Below are positions 52,001 to 64,000 of a stretch of 64,000 bases of DNA, piece after piece. The notes beneath the pieces are model-generated. The model saw only the letters and a list, made by a program, of their open reading frames with translations. It was not told the origin of the DNA and did no database searches. The stretch comes from Antedon mediterranea (taxonomy: Eukaryota > Animalia > Echinodermata): positions 34,668,304-34,732,303 of the forward strand of contig NC_092671.1 of NCBI RefSeq assembly GCF_964355755.1. The letters run 5' to 3'. The stretch's first letter is position 1. Every line of letters begins with the position of its first letter. The position numbers and the translations under genes were made by a program.

Positions 52001-55000
52001 AAGTTTATTTTGATTCATTTTAGAAGCATTACAAGGAGTTGAAAATAAGAACAGAAGGTTTTAATTTTTAATGTATAATTGTATTTAGATACTTAGACAC
52101 AAATCTCTATTTAAAATATTGGTGTTTAATCATCATAGGCAATGACTGTTGGAATGGCGCTATATAAATCAAACTATTGATTGATTGATTGTGTATTTTT
52201 CAGTTTCATTAGAAAATATCAGAGAATTGCAAGCGGGTCATGTTTCAAAAGCAGCTCGCTCCAAGAAAAATAAAATTGCTCAGGATCAGTGTTTCTCGAT
52301 AATCTTTAACGATGGTCACAAGACGTTAGATTTGGCGGCTCTTAATTCAGAAGATGCAAAAACGTGGATTAATGGATTACGCTTAGCAAAAAAGAGAAGT
52401 ATTCAGTTGGATGTACCTGACCTACAAGACCGGTAAGTTTGCTAAGTATTTGGCATTTATAAATTAAGATTTCTGTGATTTCTGTATCAATTTTATAATA
52501 TTGATAATAACAATAACATTTACAGTGTCTCAATTGAAGAGCAAATAATTGAATATATATGTATCATATACATGTTTAAAAAAAACTAGACATTTTTAAT
52601 TAAGGTGCTCTACAGACCCACTGCAACCCTGCCTGAAGTTCTTTAAGCTCTGTCTACACTATCACACTAGTTTGACAAAAAAGTATGATGTGCCCAAATA
52701 TGGTAGTGATATGCTTGAATATGGTAGTGATATGACATCATCATGTCCATGTATGGGCACATCATATTTTTTATTACGTAAAGTTTGATAGTGTGGACAG
52801 GGCTTTATGGTATACACATGCATGTATACAGGTCCAACAGCTCAATGTCCCATCCAAACGTATACAGTACTGTTTGGCAATTAAAGTCTAAGATACAACC
52901 AAGATGACAGAGAGAGGTCTTGAACCGATTCCTTGACATTATGCTAGTTCTTTAGTTGATTCTGTCCCTGGTATCAGATTTTTACCCTAAAAAAGAGAAT
53001 ATGTTTGCTTAGTACAACAAGTATTAATGATTAGTTTTGTTGCAAAGATCTTCATAAAAAGACATTTTTTAGTCAATCTATTGTAGTCCTAAAATAGTAA
53101 AAACTATTATCATTGATCATATTCATTTATTTTCATTTTTTTTTTCTCATTATCCAGTTGGCTGAGGCGTTGTTTTGACGATGCCCATTCGTCAAAGGAT
53201 CACTATTTATTTGAAGAATGTCGCGACCTGTTACAAAAAATTGGAGTTTCCACAGACACACACTTTTTGGAAAAAATATTTATGGTAAATTGAATGTTCT
53301 TATACCCTTTTCACATTAGCTAGCAAAACTCCAGATTTTACACACACATGCATAAACAGCAGAATTATGCACGATATGCATCTATAAACTCCAGAGTTTT
53401 GGTATACGACATAAAAGGTATGTTATTTACCAATAGTGCGGTATATTTTGCACATCCGTAAACAATTTCTTAATCAGTTTATTTAAACATTTGTTATGCA
53501 ATTTTGAACACGGATTCACTAGGTATTTCTAAACAGACTCTTTTGTTTGTTTTAATACCCTAAAACCCACTTAAACCGGTATTAGTAAAATGCATGTATT
53601 CCATGTTTCAATCATTGGGCTTAGCCTATAAACAGGACCTATCAACTTTTTTTTTGTAGTCGACTAATGCACAGAATTTTCATATTATTTGTTGTTGTAT
53701 TATTCAGCACAATAAAAGAAGGATACAGTAAATGTGTCAATCACTTTATACCCATAAATTTGCTAATTCATCTAAAGTGGGTTACAGTATATATTATTTT
53801 TTTTATTACAGTATATACCAAGTTTTAGTTCTATAGTTTGCGTTATTCATTCAATCTTTTATTTCGGAATCTCTCTTCCATAGAAAGTAAAATTACATGA
53901 ATTAAAAATAAATAATACCAATACCAATTACTACTATTCATCTCAGGATGGCAATGCAACCTTTCTTCTCCATCTTTGACTTATATAAGACGTTGCCTAT
54001 AATCGTTGAGACTAAAACATAATAATATAATAATTATTATTCAATCTATTTTGTGCATGTGCAGGTGGCAACCAACTACTCGATATATGTATGTCCTAAT
54101 GTTCTTTTTCGACACAAATCCATTATAATTTTTTGTAAATTTTTTATAATTTTATTTTTTAGGCAATAGTACAACGCAATCAAGGACCTTTGTATGAGAA
54201 TACAGCAGTGTCAACATTAAATGCTGCAGAATTTGTACAACTGTACAGAACCGTTACTAGTAGAGATGATCTTCTCAATTTGTTTGTCAAGTAAATATAT
54301 TTAACATTCTATATATTCCTATTACTGTATGATTTAAAACTGTTTTTTTAAAGGTTTTCATGGTGAATTAACACTAAAGTTTTCTAAACAATTTGTTAAA
54401 AATTCTCTGCAAATTCTGTGATACAATGTCACATATGTATCACATGTCTTGCCTGTATCATACTGTGTACACCTACAGTAACCTTGACTAGGTGCCACAT
54501 GTGATATATGTGAAACTTTTTAACAGAGTTTGCCTATGATACTGGTAATATAATGGGAAATACAGAGGACAGACGTTGTTAGGTTGGCAAAGAAATTGGT
54601 GTCTGACGCGGGCTAAACTGTGCTAGAGACCACAATTCAATTAAGTCCTGTTAACCTAATATAATTAATAGTTCATTTTATTTGCTAGGTATGCAGGAGG
54701 GGATGACTTCTGGATGGCTTCAGAATTTCAACAATTTATGCATGAGGAACAAAAGGTAAGGCAAAAAATAGGTTACCATACACTTACAGGACACTGTTGG
54801 AGAGCAAAGAGAGGAGAAATCATTAGTAATACCATGGAGAAATAATTATTTCTCCATGGTAATACCATTGGAATCTGAAGTTAGTGCTGAAAGTTATTCA
54901 GTCATGCTGACCAATGAGGGTTTATCGCAAATAGTGTGCGCGACGCATGGTGGAAAGAGTTACGGGAGCAAACATCACAACGTGTACAGACATGATTTAT

Positions 55001-58000
55001 TATGATATTTGCTCTCAAACCCTTCCCATCATGCATTGCGCTATGACATTCCTCACGAAATCAAGCTATTTGGCGATAAAACTTATGCATTCATAATCAA
55101 GTATGTGCTTCCTAGATAATGATGAGAAATTGAATGCTTAGAAAAATATATGGCATTGCTGAATTATTCATTGTTTGCCATATTGTTTTAAATTGAATAC
55201 TTATTATAATGTGCTTATACTAATTTCTATTTCAGAGATTTGAATTAAGGGAAGAATGGTGTGATACTGTGGTAGGCAAATACGAACCTATCCCAGAATG
55301 CAAGAAAAAGCGTGTACTTTCATATGATGGTATTTACATCAAATGCTTCTTACTACATTTATTATTTATTTTATTTATTTCAACAATATTTTACGATTAT
55401 TAGGGGCCCTCACAAGAATAAAATATGACATACAATTAAAAATGAAATTAAAATGAATAAAATTTATAAAAAATATTAATTAATTAAAAAAATTAATTAA
55501 ATTGGCCATCTAAGAAAAAAATACAGGCAATAGAAAGCAATTAAACAAGTTAGAGAAAAACTTGAAGGAAAAGTAAAATGACGCAATTAGTCGGATATAT
55601 TTGAAATATGCTAATATTCAAATAAGAGAATTATATTGCTGACTTTTACTGCTGCCAAGTTATATTTCTTTTCCCAGCTTTCTTCCCACTAACCTGGTCC
55701 TAATAGACATCTATCATCATCATACTACTACCACTATTACCTCATGAATATTTGTAAAAAACAAATGGTTATTCTTCAATCTGATATATCTTTACTAATT
55801 TGTAAAAAACTAGTTCATTTATGTTCTAAATAATCCTTTATTTTGTTGTAGGTTTTTTCCGGTTCATGCATGGTACCAACGGTCTCCTCATCAACCCGTA
55901 TCATCGACACAAGGTCAACCAAGATATGACCTTGCCGTTGAATCATTACTTCATCGCAGCTTCACATAATACGTAAGGGAACTTGAATTTTCACTCCTCA
56001 AATGGTAAAAAGTATCAAAACACCAGAAACGACAAATTTTGCATCAACTTGTATTTGATCTAATTTTTTTTTTCTTAGGTATTTAGACCAAGATCAACTT
56101 AGTGGACCTTGTAGTACAAGTCGTTATGCAAATGTACTACGTCAAGGGTGCAGATTTATTGAAGGTATCTTTTCAAATTTATAAGACGGTCACGTAGCGT
56201 AAATCACTTTCTATGATTGATCATGAAACTAACAGAAATAACACGGAAATATGACACAATTATGCTTAAAATCAACCTTCTGCTAGTTCCATAGTAAGTG
56301 AGTGGCCGAGTGGTTAAGACAGTGGGATCGTAATTACATAGCCATAACATCGGCACGGGTTCGAGGCTCACTCTCCATGGTTATGATGATAGAAAGGACT
56401 ATAAAATGTAGGTCAAGTGTACACATCTAGCTCATGTACACTTAAGAACCTAGTGAATTTTTCGAGATGAGTAGACACTAGTACTAGTACACACACAGCC
56501 ACTGATTATAACTGGGCCCTCTGGGAGACCAGTCTTTGAATTAAGAGGTTACCCATTATAAATAAATAATAACAAACACCCACAACATAATGTTACTTGT
56601 TGTGTTTGCAGGGAAACCTCTCATCCTGGAAACAAGACTGTAAACATATACAATAATCATTCCAATTACATTATTAAATAATAATAAAATTAAAATATTT
56701 ATATAATATTTTTATATTAAATGATTGTCAACTGATTGCCTTTCCTACTACAGTATTTTTATTGATGGAATAGTTACCACATTTTCTAAATCATTGATAT
56801 TTCAGTTGACGTATGGAATGGCGATGATGGTGAGCCTATTGTGTGCAATGGCTACACACATACAGAACCTGTCTTATTCACAGACGTTATAAGAACAATC
56901 AATAAGCATGCATTTGTTACGTCAGAGTAAGTAGTTATTATAGATTTCTACGGGTACACACTCACTGCTTCACTAGTTCAACTTAAAACATTCAAATTTT
57001 TTGCTTATATAGATCCAACGGTTGTATTCAGCATCCACTCTTAGGTAAGGGGAACACCTACTCTTAAAATTCGTAATACCACTTAAGAAAATCCTTAAAT
57101 ATAATAATAATCAAACATTTACTTGGCGCCAATTCCGAAAAGATGGTCAAAGGCGCATTGTGTTTTGAAATTGCTAAATAAATGAGTTTTTTTTAAATTA
57201 ATTTTAAATGAGGCAAAAGTGGGTGTATGTTTAACAGAAGATGAGATTTTGTTATTCATTCATTCATTCATCTTTTATTTCGGAACAAAAAGTAATTCTC
57301 CATAGCTCAAGAACAAATTAGTGTCTCCATTGTTATATTATGTTATTACATACTTGAATGGTGTATCTTATGTGTGATTCCATAATTTTATACCTGTACA
57401 TTTAAGGCTCATACAGGCCATAATTATAATCCAACATAAAAAGAATAATAAGAAATTTTATTTTAATATGACATTTTAAACTGTTCATGAAATTTTGGCC
57501 AGAAAGGTAAAATAAATTGAATGAATTTTTATGCTGCGTAATACTTCCCACTAACAGGGCTCCCAAAAGGAAAAACCAAACCACTGCATAGTAGGGACTA
57601 ATAAACATAACAATTAAATACACACAATAGCAACAACAAGCAATTCTATAAAACGTGAATATACAAATATATACTTCCTGAACAGATGATGTTGAATCCT
57701 GTACAAATTGCCAACAGGTGGTATTATTACAAAGACATTCAGTTTAATAGTCAATTTAAGTATTTTTATCTACTTCTGTTGTAGATATCCAGTGGTGTTA
57801 TCAATAGAGAATCATTGTAGTATTCGACAACAGAAAATTATAAGAGAACATCTAAATTCACTATTGAAAGGTACTCAATTTGTTTTATTTATTAATCATA
57901 TTATTTATTTTGCTAATAGATTATAATTCATTCACAACATACACACAATAGTGTAAAGAGAGCTTTTAATTGGCAACGACGGACCTAGTCATTTTGTCCT

Positions 58001-61000
58001 CATTAGTTTCCAAAAATCAATTTTGTGATGATCATACACCCAAAATGGTTTAAATGCGCATGTCTATAATAGTAGATGTCAACTGGACCTAAAATTGATC
58101 AAATTGGGTCTATTATATTTCTTATTTTATTCAGTTGACACCCAAAAGCGATGAAATCCACCACTAACAAGCTTCTTTAAAAATAAAAATTGCTAAACCA
58201 AACTCAATACCCATGAAAATATTATTTTTATATACTAAAACTTTACAGCTAACAATTTTTAATGATTTTCATTTGTGTAAATCATTTTTTATTATTTTCA
58301 GACAAACTTTACATAATACCTCTACATAGAAACCAGATAACAATACCTTCTCCTAATGACCTGAAGGGAAAAATTTTAGTAAAGGTACTTCAGAAAGTTT
58401 TTAGACAATGGTTATATTTTTACAATGATTATATTTAGAATTATAATTTTAGACATAAAAATGTTAGCATGCCAAAATGACTATGTTCTACCAACTTATC
58501 TGTTCCATGATAAAATAGACTGAACTACATATCTGTGTTTAGTGTTGTCCTAGGCTAGGCCTATGTTGGGGACTGAGCATGATGTAATGGGCAATGGCAG
58601 CAACATCTAGCTAGCAATTGAAACAAAACCTGCAGTAGATAATATGTCCCTAACACCAAATAAACAGATTTGGATTCAAACTTCAAACAGTTGAAAGACC
58701 ACTACAGTAGAACCAATATTAAAGTGTCCCCTTAATAGGTGTGTCCCCTTAATAGGTGTGTCCCCTTAATAGGTGTGTCCCCTGAAAACGGGTTGGCCAT
58801 AGTGTTCGCAAATTCGAGTTCTAACTTTCAGTACGATGCACATCAAATGTTAATGTGTATTTGTTACTATCTGATAAAATATAATAAAACAATTTGTTTA
58901 GGGAAGAAGATTACAGACATTCTCCGAAGAAGGGGAAGTGAGCGACGATGATGAAGCAGCTGAAATGGAAAATGTTAAAATACCAGAAATCAAAAAGAAA
59001 CTTGAAAAACAGAAACAAATTAAGGTTATATTTTTTGAAATTTAAAATTCGTTAGCTACTTTAGAAACTCTCTCCAGGGCAGGCTTCAAAAGTAGTGTAT
59101 AACAATTTCAGTCACTTTGATACATTATTTTGCAGAAACGTAAAGTTGAACTGTCGTTGGAATTGTCAGATGTTGCTGTTTTATGTCAAAGTGTAACATT
59201 CAAGTCATTAGATCATAGTAAAAAAGAAGGTATGTATACAATTTCATTCACAACACATTGTATATGACCCCCCAAAAAGGTTAAATAATTAGTGACTTAG
59301 GGAGTGAACTAGGTGATAGTGACAGAGCGGACACTTAATTATCTAAGCTCCTTGACTTGAAGTTAGGACTAGATACTATGGGTTAGTATAGTGTTTTCTG
59401 AAAAAGAAATCTCAGTTTTGAGTCATATCCTTACCACTTGAGGGTCTCAGATAAGAGCACCTAGAAATGTCTTTTGACCTGAGGTCACAATTTAACCATA
59501 TAAAGTGATCTAGAATCTCAACTCAATTATGCACTGTAATTATTTCAGGAAAGTTTTGCCACATTCCTTCAATATCCGAAAAGAAAGCAGCAGAGCTGGG
59601 ATCAACTGCAGGTCAGCAGTTTGTTGAACATAATAAACGGTTCTTAACAAGAATCTATCCAGGAGGATGGAGGACGGATTCATCAAATCCAGATCCAATA
59701 TTATTCTGGAATTTAGGATGTTCTATAGGTGAATTTTATTTAAACTTCTGTAATTTAACTGTAGATTATTTTAAATATATATATATAGTATGTAATGATT
59801 TAACAGATCTTGTGTAATCTTGTAAATAATATAATGTTGTTTACTAATACTAGATATAATTATTTTTTTTATTTGGAAACTGAAAAACGAAAATTTGACA
59901 TAATTATTATTATATAATATAAATATTTTGTTATGTTTAAGTTTGTATGAATTACCAAAATCCAGGGGAGTATTTAGATGTGAACACTGCCAAGTTTTTG
60001 CAAAATGGCCAATGTGGATACGTCCTTAAACCACTCTTTCTACGAAAAGGTAAGAAAATAACCCTTACACAGCCAACACTTTGCCTAAGTAAATTTAAAT
60101 TTATATTTAAGCGAATATTACTAAAGTCAATATATTTAAGGATTTTAAAATACATATTAAGGTAAATATCTCACTGTAAGTGTGGCCCGTGTTTCACATG
60201 CATAATATATGTAATCAGTCACTGTGAAGGGCCAAATAAGTGTCTTTAGTTTTTTTTGTTTTTTTGTTTTTTTGTTTTGTGACAAGTTTTTTAAATGTAT
60301 AACTTTTGAATTTTAAATAAACCATTTTAATTTAGTAAATAATCATAGCAAATATACATGCACGAGTGTCATAAATGTTATACTTATACATATCTATTAT
60401 ATTTTTTAAGGGAATATGAGATTTAACCCAGACACACCTGGAACCCAGCATTCTTGCAAATGTACAATCAAGGTAGGGGAAGTTATTTTCCATTTTAAGG
60501 TGCAGTTCCACCCGTCACATTTTCAGGGCTCTAACAACAAAATACAAATATATTTCATTTGCTACTGTGTATTATATGACATGGCAGCAATATTAATTGT
60601 TTTTCCAGGTTATTAGTGGTCAGTTTTTACCAGCATCGCAAAAGGAACTCGACAGTTTAGAGCCAATAGTAAATGTTACGTTATATGATGTTAATAAACG
60701 GACGTCACTTGAAACAAATGTTGGCAATATGGAGACTCAAGGTAAGCCAAGAGCCATTTGTGATGTCATCATCTGGACCTTCAAACCTGTGTAAAGAAGT
60801 AAACAAGAAGCATGTCCCAATTTCCATGCATGAATTAACATGACGTACCTTTTTTTTATATGCATCCAACAGCGAGTACAACTCGCCAATTACATGATGG
60901 ATAAACTATTTTATAATTTATCGTGTTTAAACTAAGTCTCATTTGAGATTCAGGGTGTGGCATTAGGTCAGAATTGAACCCTGGACCTCTGGTTTGGAAG

Positions 61001-62166
61001 GCAAGCTCCCAATTAATTTACGAATTCTTTTCTATTTTTTGGCCACTGGTAAATACCAACTTTATAATGTGATAATCTGCCAATGGGCAATCAATACAGA
61101 ATTTATCATTGTTAAAAAATTGTTAGTTTAATGTAAATTTATCTATTTATCCTATGAATACCATTAATTTTAATTACAGTAATATATTAAACAATAAACT
61201 GAATTGTCAAGGCTGAAAGCATATTTAGCAGCAGGGCTTATACAAGATTTAGGTTTAATGCTATGTTTACATTCCTCTTGAGTTCAATTAGTTTTTCATT
61301 ATTCTTCTCTCCAGGTGTTTAAACCCTTTTTAAAAATCATTTGTTATTGCAGGTGTATTTGCTTATTGGCATCATAACATGAACTTTGACCTTGTGATTC
61401 CCGAATTATCTATTCTACGCTTTACTTTGTACAACAAGAAGACCATGACCTCAGCTAACAATCACATTGCTCAGTATGCTTTGCCATTCAAAAGCCTACA
61501 ACTTGGTAAGACCCAACAGACAAAATAAAAGATTTAATTCTTTATGCGATAGTTAACAATTTTATTCTATGCAATAAATACTATAATAAATGGCTTATTA
61601 CCGTATTTGTAATTACCAATTTTAATTACAAATTTAATTATAATTACAATTCTTTAAAATGGTTTAGGAAGATAAGATTCATATTTCAACCACTACTATT
61701 TAGTGGTGATAGTATACTGTACAAATACAGAATTTTTTAATAGTTGAATGGAGAGAATATTTTATGAGTTGGAAGATTAAGTAGAGTTGAATTGAAGCCA
61801 GACTTTCAATGAATAAAACATTTGTGTAATCCACCATTTATATCTTGAATGAAATGTTCAAAGCTATGCCCATTAAAAAGTGTAGCGCTCTGAAATTGCC
61901 CGTAGGTCAGAGAAGTCATGGGCAACGCACACAGGTAGCAGGTACAGGTAGTACATGTCGCACAAAATTCTGAAAATGTTTACAAAAGAATCAATTGTTA
62001 CTTGTGTGATTCATCAAATAAACTAAAAATAAATAATAAACACTTCTCTTTTTCTTAAATATTAATTTCTTTTTCAGGGTATCATCACATCTCAATGTTA
62101 ACCCCAGCTGGAGATGACTTAATACCAGCATCACTCTTTGTACATGTTAAGATTTCACCAGATTAA
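49046..62166 (+). CDS. Phospholipase C delta-like protein (PH-EF-X-Y-C2), probably catalytically inactive
   Basis: 20 phase-compatible exons: 49046-49049, 49674-49823, 52204-52432, 53158-53284, 54163-54290, 54689-54755, 55236-55329, 55852-55972, 56079-56164, 56806-56926, 57785-57870, 58302-58384, 58902-59024, 59136-59229, 59549-59728, 59942-60049, 60411-60472, 60609-60741, 61353-61505, 62078-62166. Motifs: [82 protein letters not shown] and C2 VISGQFLP...ASLFVHV. Confidence 0.9.
49260..49550. repeat. Degenerate (ATC/ATT)n + GTCAAC microsatellite in PLC intron 1
   Basis: Trinucleotide-periodic low-complexity sequence. Confidence 0.9.
52643..52807. mobile_element. ~160-bp MITE family, copy 7
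   Basis: Same TIR and core. Confidence 0.75.
56294..56575 (+). mobile_element. tRNA-derived SINE, same family as 2108-2395
   Basis: Colinear similarity with the 2.1 kb copy (A and B boxes, ACTGGGCCCTCTGGGAGACC, AAAT tail). Confidence 0.75.
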
Positions 62167-62490
62167 AGCTGTGTTCACACAAGCTGGATACGACACCAGT
62201 ATCACTCTTTGTATATTTTAAGACTTCATCAGATTAAAGCTGTGTTCACACAAGCTGGATACGACACCAGTATCACTCTTTGTATATGTTAAGATTTCAT
62301 CAGATTAAAGCTTCGTTCACATAAGCTGGATATGACCCCAGTATCACTCTTTGTACATGTTAAGATTTCACCAGATTAAAGCTGTGTTCACACAAGCTAG
62401 ATATGACACTAATATCGCTCTTTGTACACGTTAAGATTTCACCAGATTAAAGCTGCCTTCACATCAAACTGAATTTGACACCAGCATCAA
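62125..62490 (+). repeat. 71-bp tandem repeat (5 full copies) spanning the PLC stop codon and 3' UTR
   Basis: Units start at 62125, 62196, 62267, 62338, 62409 and, partially, near 62480. Confidence 0.9.
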
Positions 62491-62954
62491 TCGTAATTGT
62501 TGGGATTTAACCTTTCTTAAATTAAAACTGCATTCACACCAAGCTGCATTTGACACCAAAATCAACTTCTAACCAATCAGCTGTGAGCACGAACAATGTA
62601 TTTTAGCACTTCCAAGAATTCAATATGCATTGTGAAGCCCAGATTTGTATTGTCTGAAACTACATAGTTAATTAATGTAACTAATAAATAAGAATAATTA
62701 TTTATAACATTAGCAATCAGGAATATATGTAATTTAACACACCTAAATTCATAGTAATTAATCAGAAAACGAAATACAAAATACTACTTTACCACAAATG
62801 TCATATAAACTGCAAATCTTTGGTATGAATATTTTGTATAAGGTTAATTAATTGACTGTACTGAAATATGAAATGAAATCGAACCCTTTCTTTGGGACAG
62901 CCATATTTAGAGGACATCCCTATTAAAGGAGAAAATATATGTCTTACAGACCAA

Positions 62955-63045
62955 CCCTTATTCAGTGGCACCCCTATTCAGTGGCACCCCTATTCAGTGG
63001 CACCCCTATTCAGTGGCACCCCTATTCAGTGGCACCCCTATTCAG
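62955..63045. repeat. 16-bp tandem repeat (TTCAGTGGCACCCCTA x5) within a mariner-like MITE remnant
   Basis: Direct inspection. The terminus AGAGGTTCTACTG lies nearby at ~63101. Confidence 0.85.
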
Positions 63046-64000
63046 AGTGGCACCTTGATAATGGGGATACTTTGTGGGGTCCCAAATGTGTCCCCATAAC
63101 AGAGGTTCTACTGTGTTTACCAACTGAAATAATAGATTTGCGATATTAAATGGATACTTTCTCATGGAGTGAAATTGCCCAGGAGAAAAATGTGTTTAAC
63201 ACTATACCCAACCTAAATTCTGTATACACCCCTATAATTGACATTATGTTGTCTCCCAAAGATGTCCCCCTAATGTGTGGCTATACTGTATGTATACAGA
63301 ATATAAAGATACAATCATTGTAGAACTGCATATAACAAACATGTTGTTTATATTTTTGTAAAATGTATTAGCAATATTTTAGTATTTGGGAATCGATATC
63401 TTTATGTTTTAAATGTGGATGTTGTAAATAAATGAAATCTTTATTAGGTGGGTGGATTAAAAAATGTTAGATTAAAAAAAAACTATTAAATAAATGCATT
63501 ACCAAAGTTGTCTGCATATGTTTCATTCATTGTATTTAAAGATTTTAGACCATTTTGAACGAATTAATAAGTTTAAAATAAAGGCTTAAAGAAGAAATAA
63601 CAATACAGGTTTAATTGAATAGAGATGTTTAATAATAAGCATATTAGCGGTTCGCTGATTTGTAAAACGCAATTTCTAGAAGTGCAAATAAATATAATGT
63701 TCAGCGTATTTTTCAGTTGGGCTCTCCAGCATGCGACAATCACCAACTCGCGCGAGTGACGTCATTTCGGGTTTCATGAATGTACATAGGAGAACATCAT
63801 TATAGAGGTTTTGCATGCGCAGTTAACGGCCGTACATTAAACGTAATTTATAGTGCAAAAATATACGTATATATATACACATGTAAAACAGGGTATATGT
63901 TGCCAGTCAGGCTCCTCAGCGACAAGCTCACCAACTCGCGCGTGTGACGTCATTTCGGGTTTTATAAAATGTGCATGTGGAAACAGCTATGGAAGAAACA

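Overview
AT-rich eukaryotic DNA with spliceosomal GT-AG introns. The repeat landscape suggests a marine invertebrate, possibly an echinoderm (inference only). Three multi-exon protein-coding genes were assembled by hand. (1) The 5' part of a megalin/LRP2-like LDL-receptor-family gene on the minus strand: signal peptide exon near 26.9 kb, a ~20 kb transposon-filled first intron, then 4 LDLa, EGF and Ca-EGF exons, continuing off the left edge. (2) A complete 12-exon PLEKHA8/FAPP2 gene (PH + GLTP) on the minus strand. (3) Head-to-head with it, a complete 20-exon PLC-delta-architecture gene whose second catalytic His is replaced by Asn, a probable pseudo-enzyme. Introns carry many transposable elements whose ends can be read directly: a Helitron, a tandem Helentron-like array, a full-length decayed RTE-type LINE with a nested Merlin-like MITE, a Sola-like element, a hAT5-like element, Harbinger-, Kolobok- and mariner-like MITEs, tRNA-derived SINEs and P-element-like footprints. 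The least explained region is 27.5-31.4 kb. It appears to hold two tandem, short, probably non-coding minus-strand transcription units that share a perfect 23-nt block and a 9-nt block at identical spacing.
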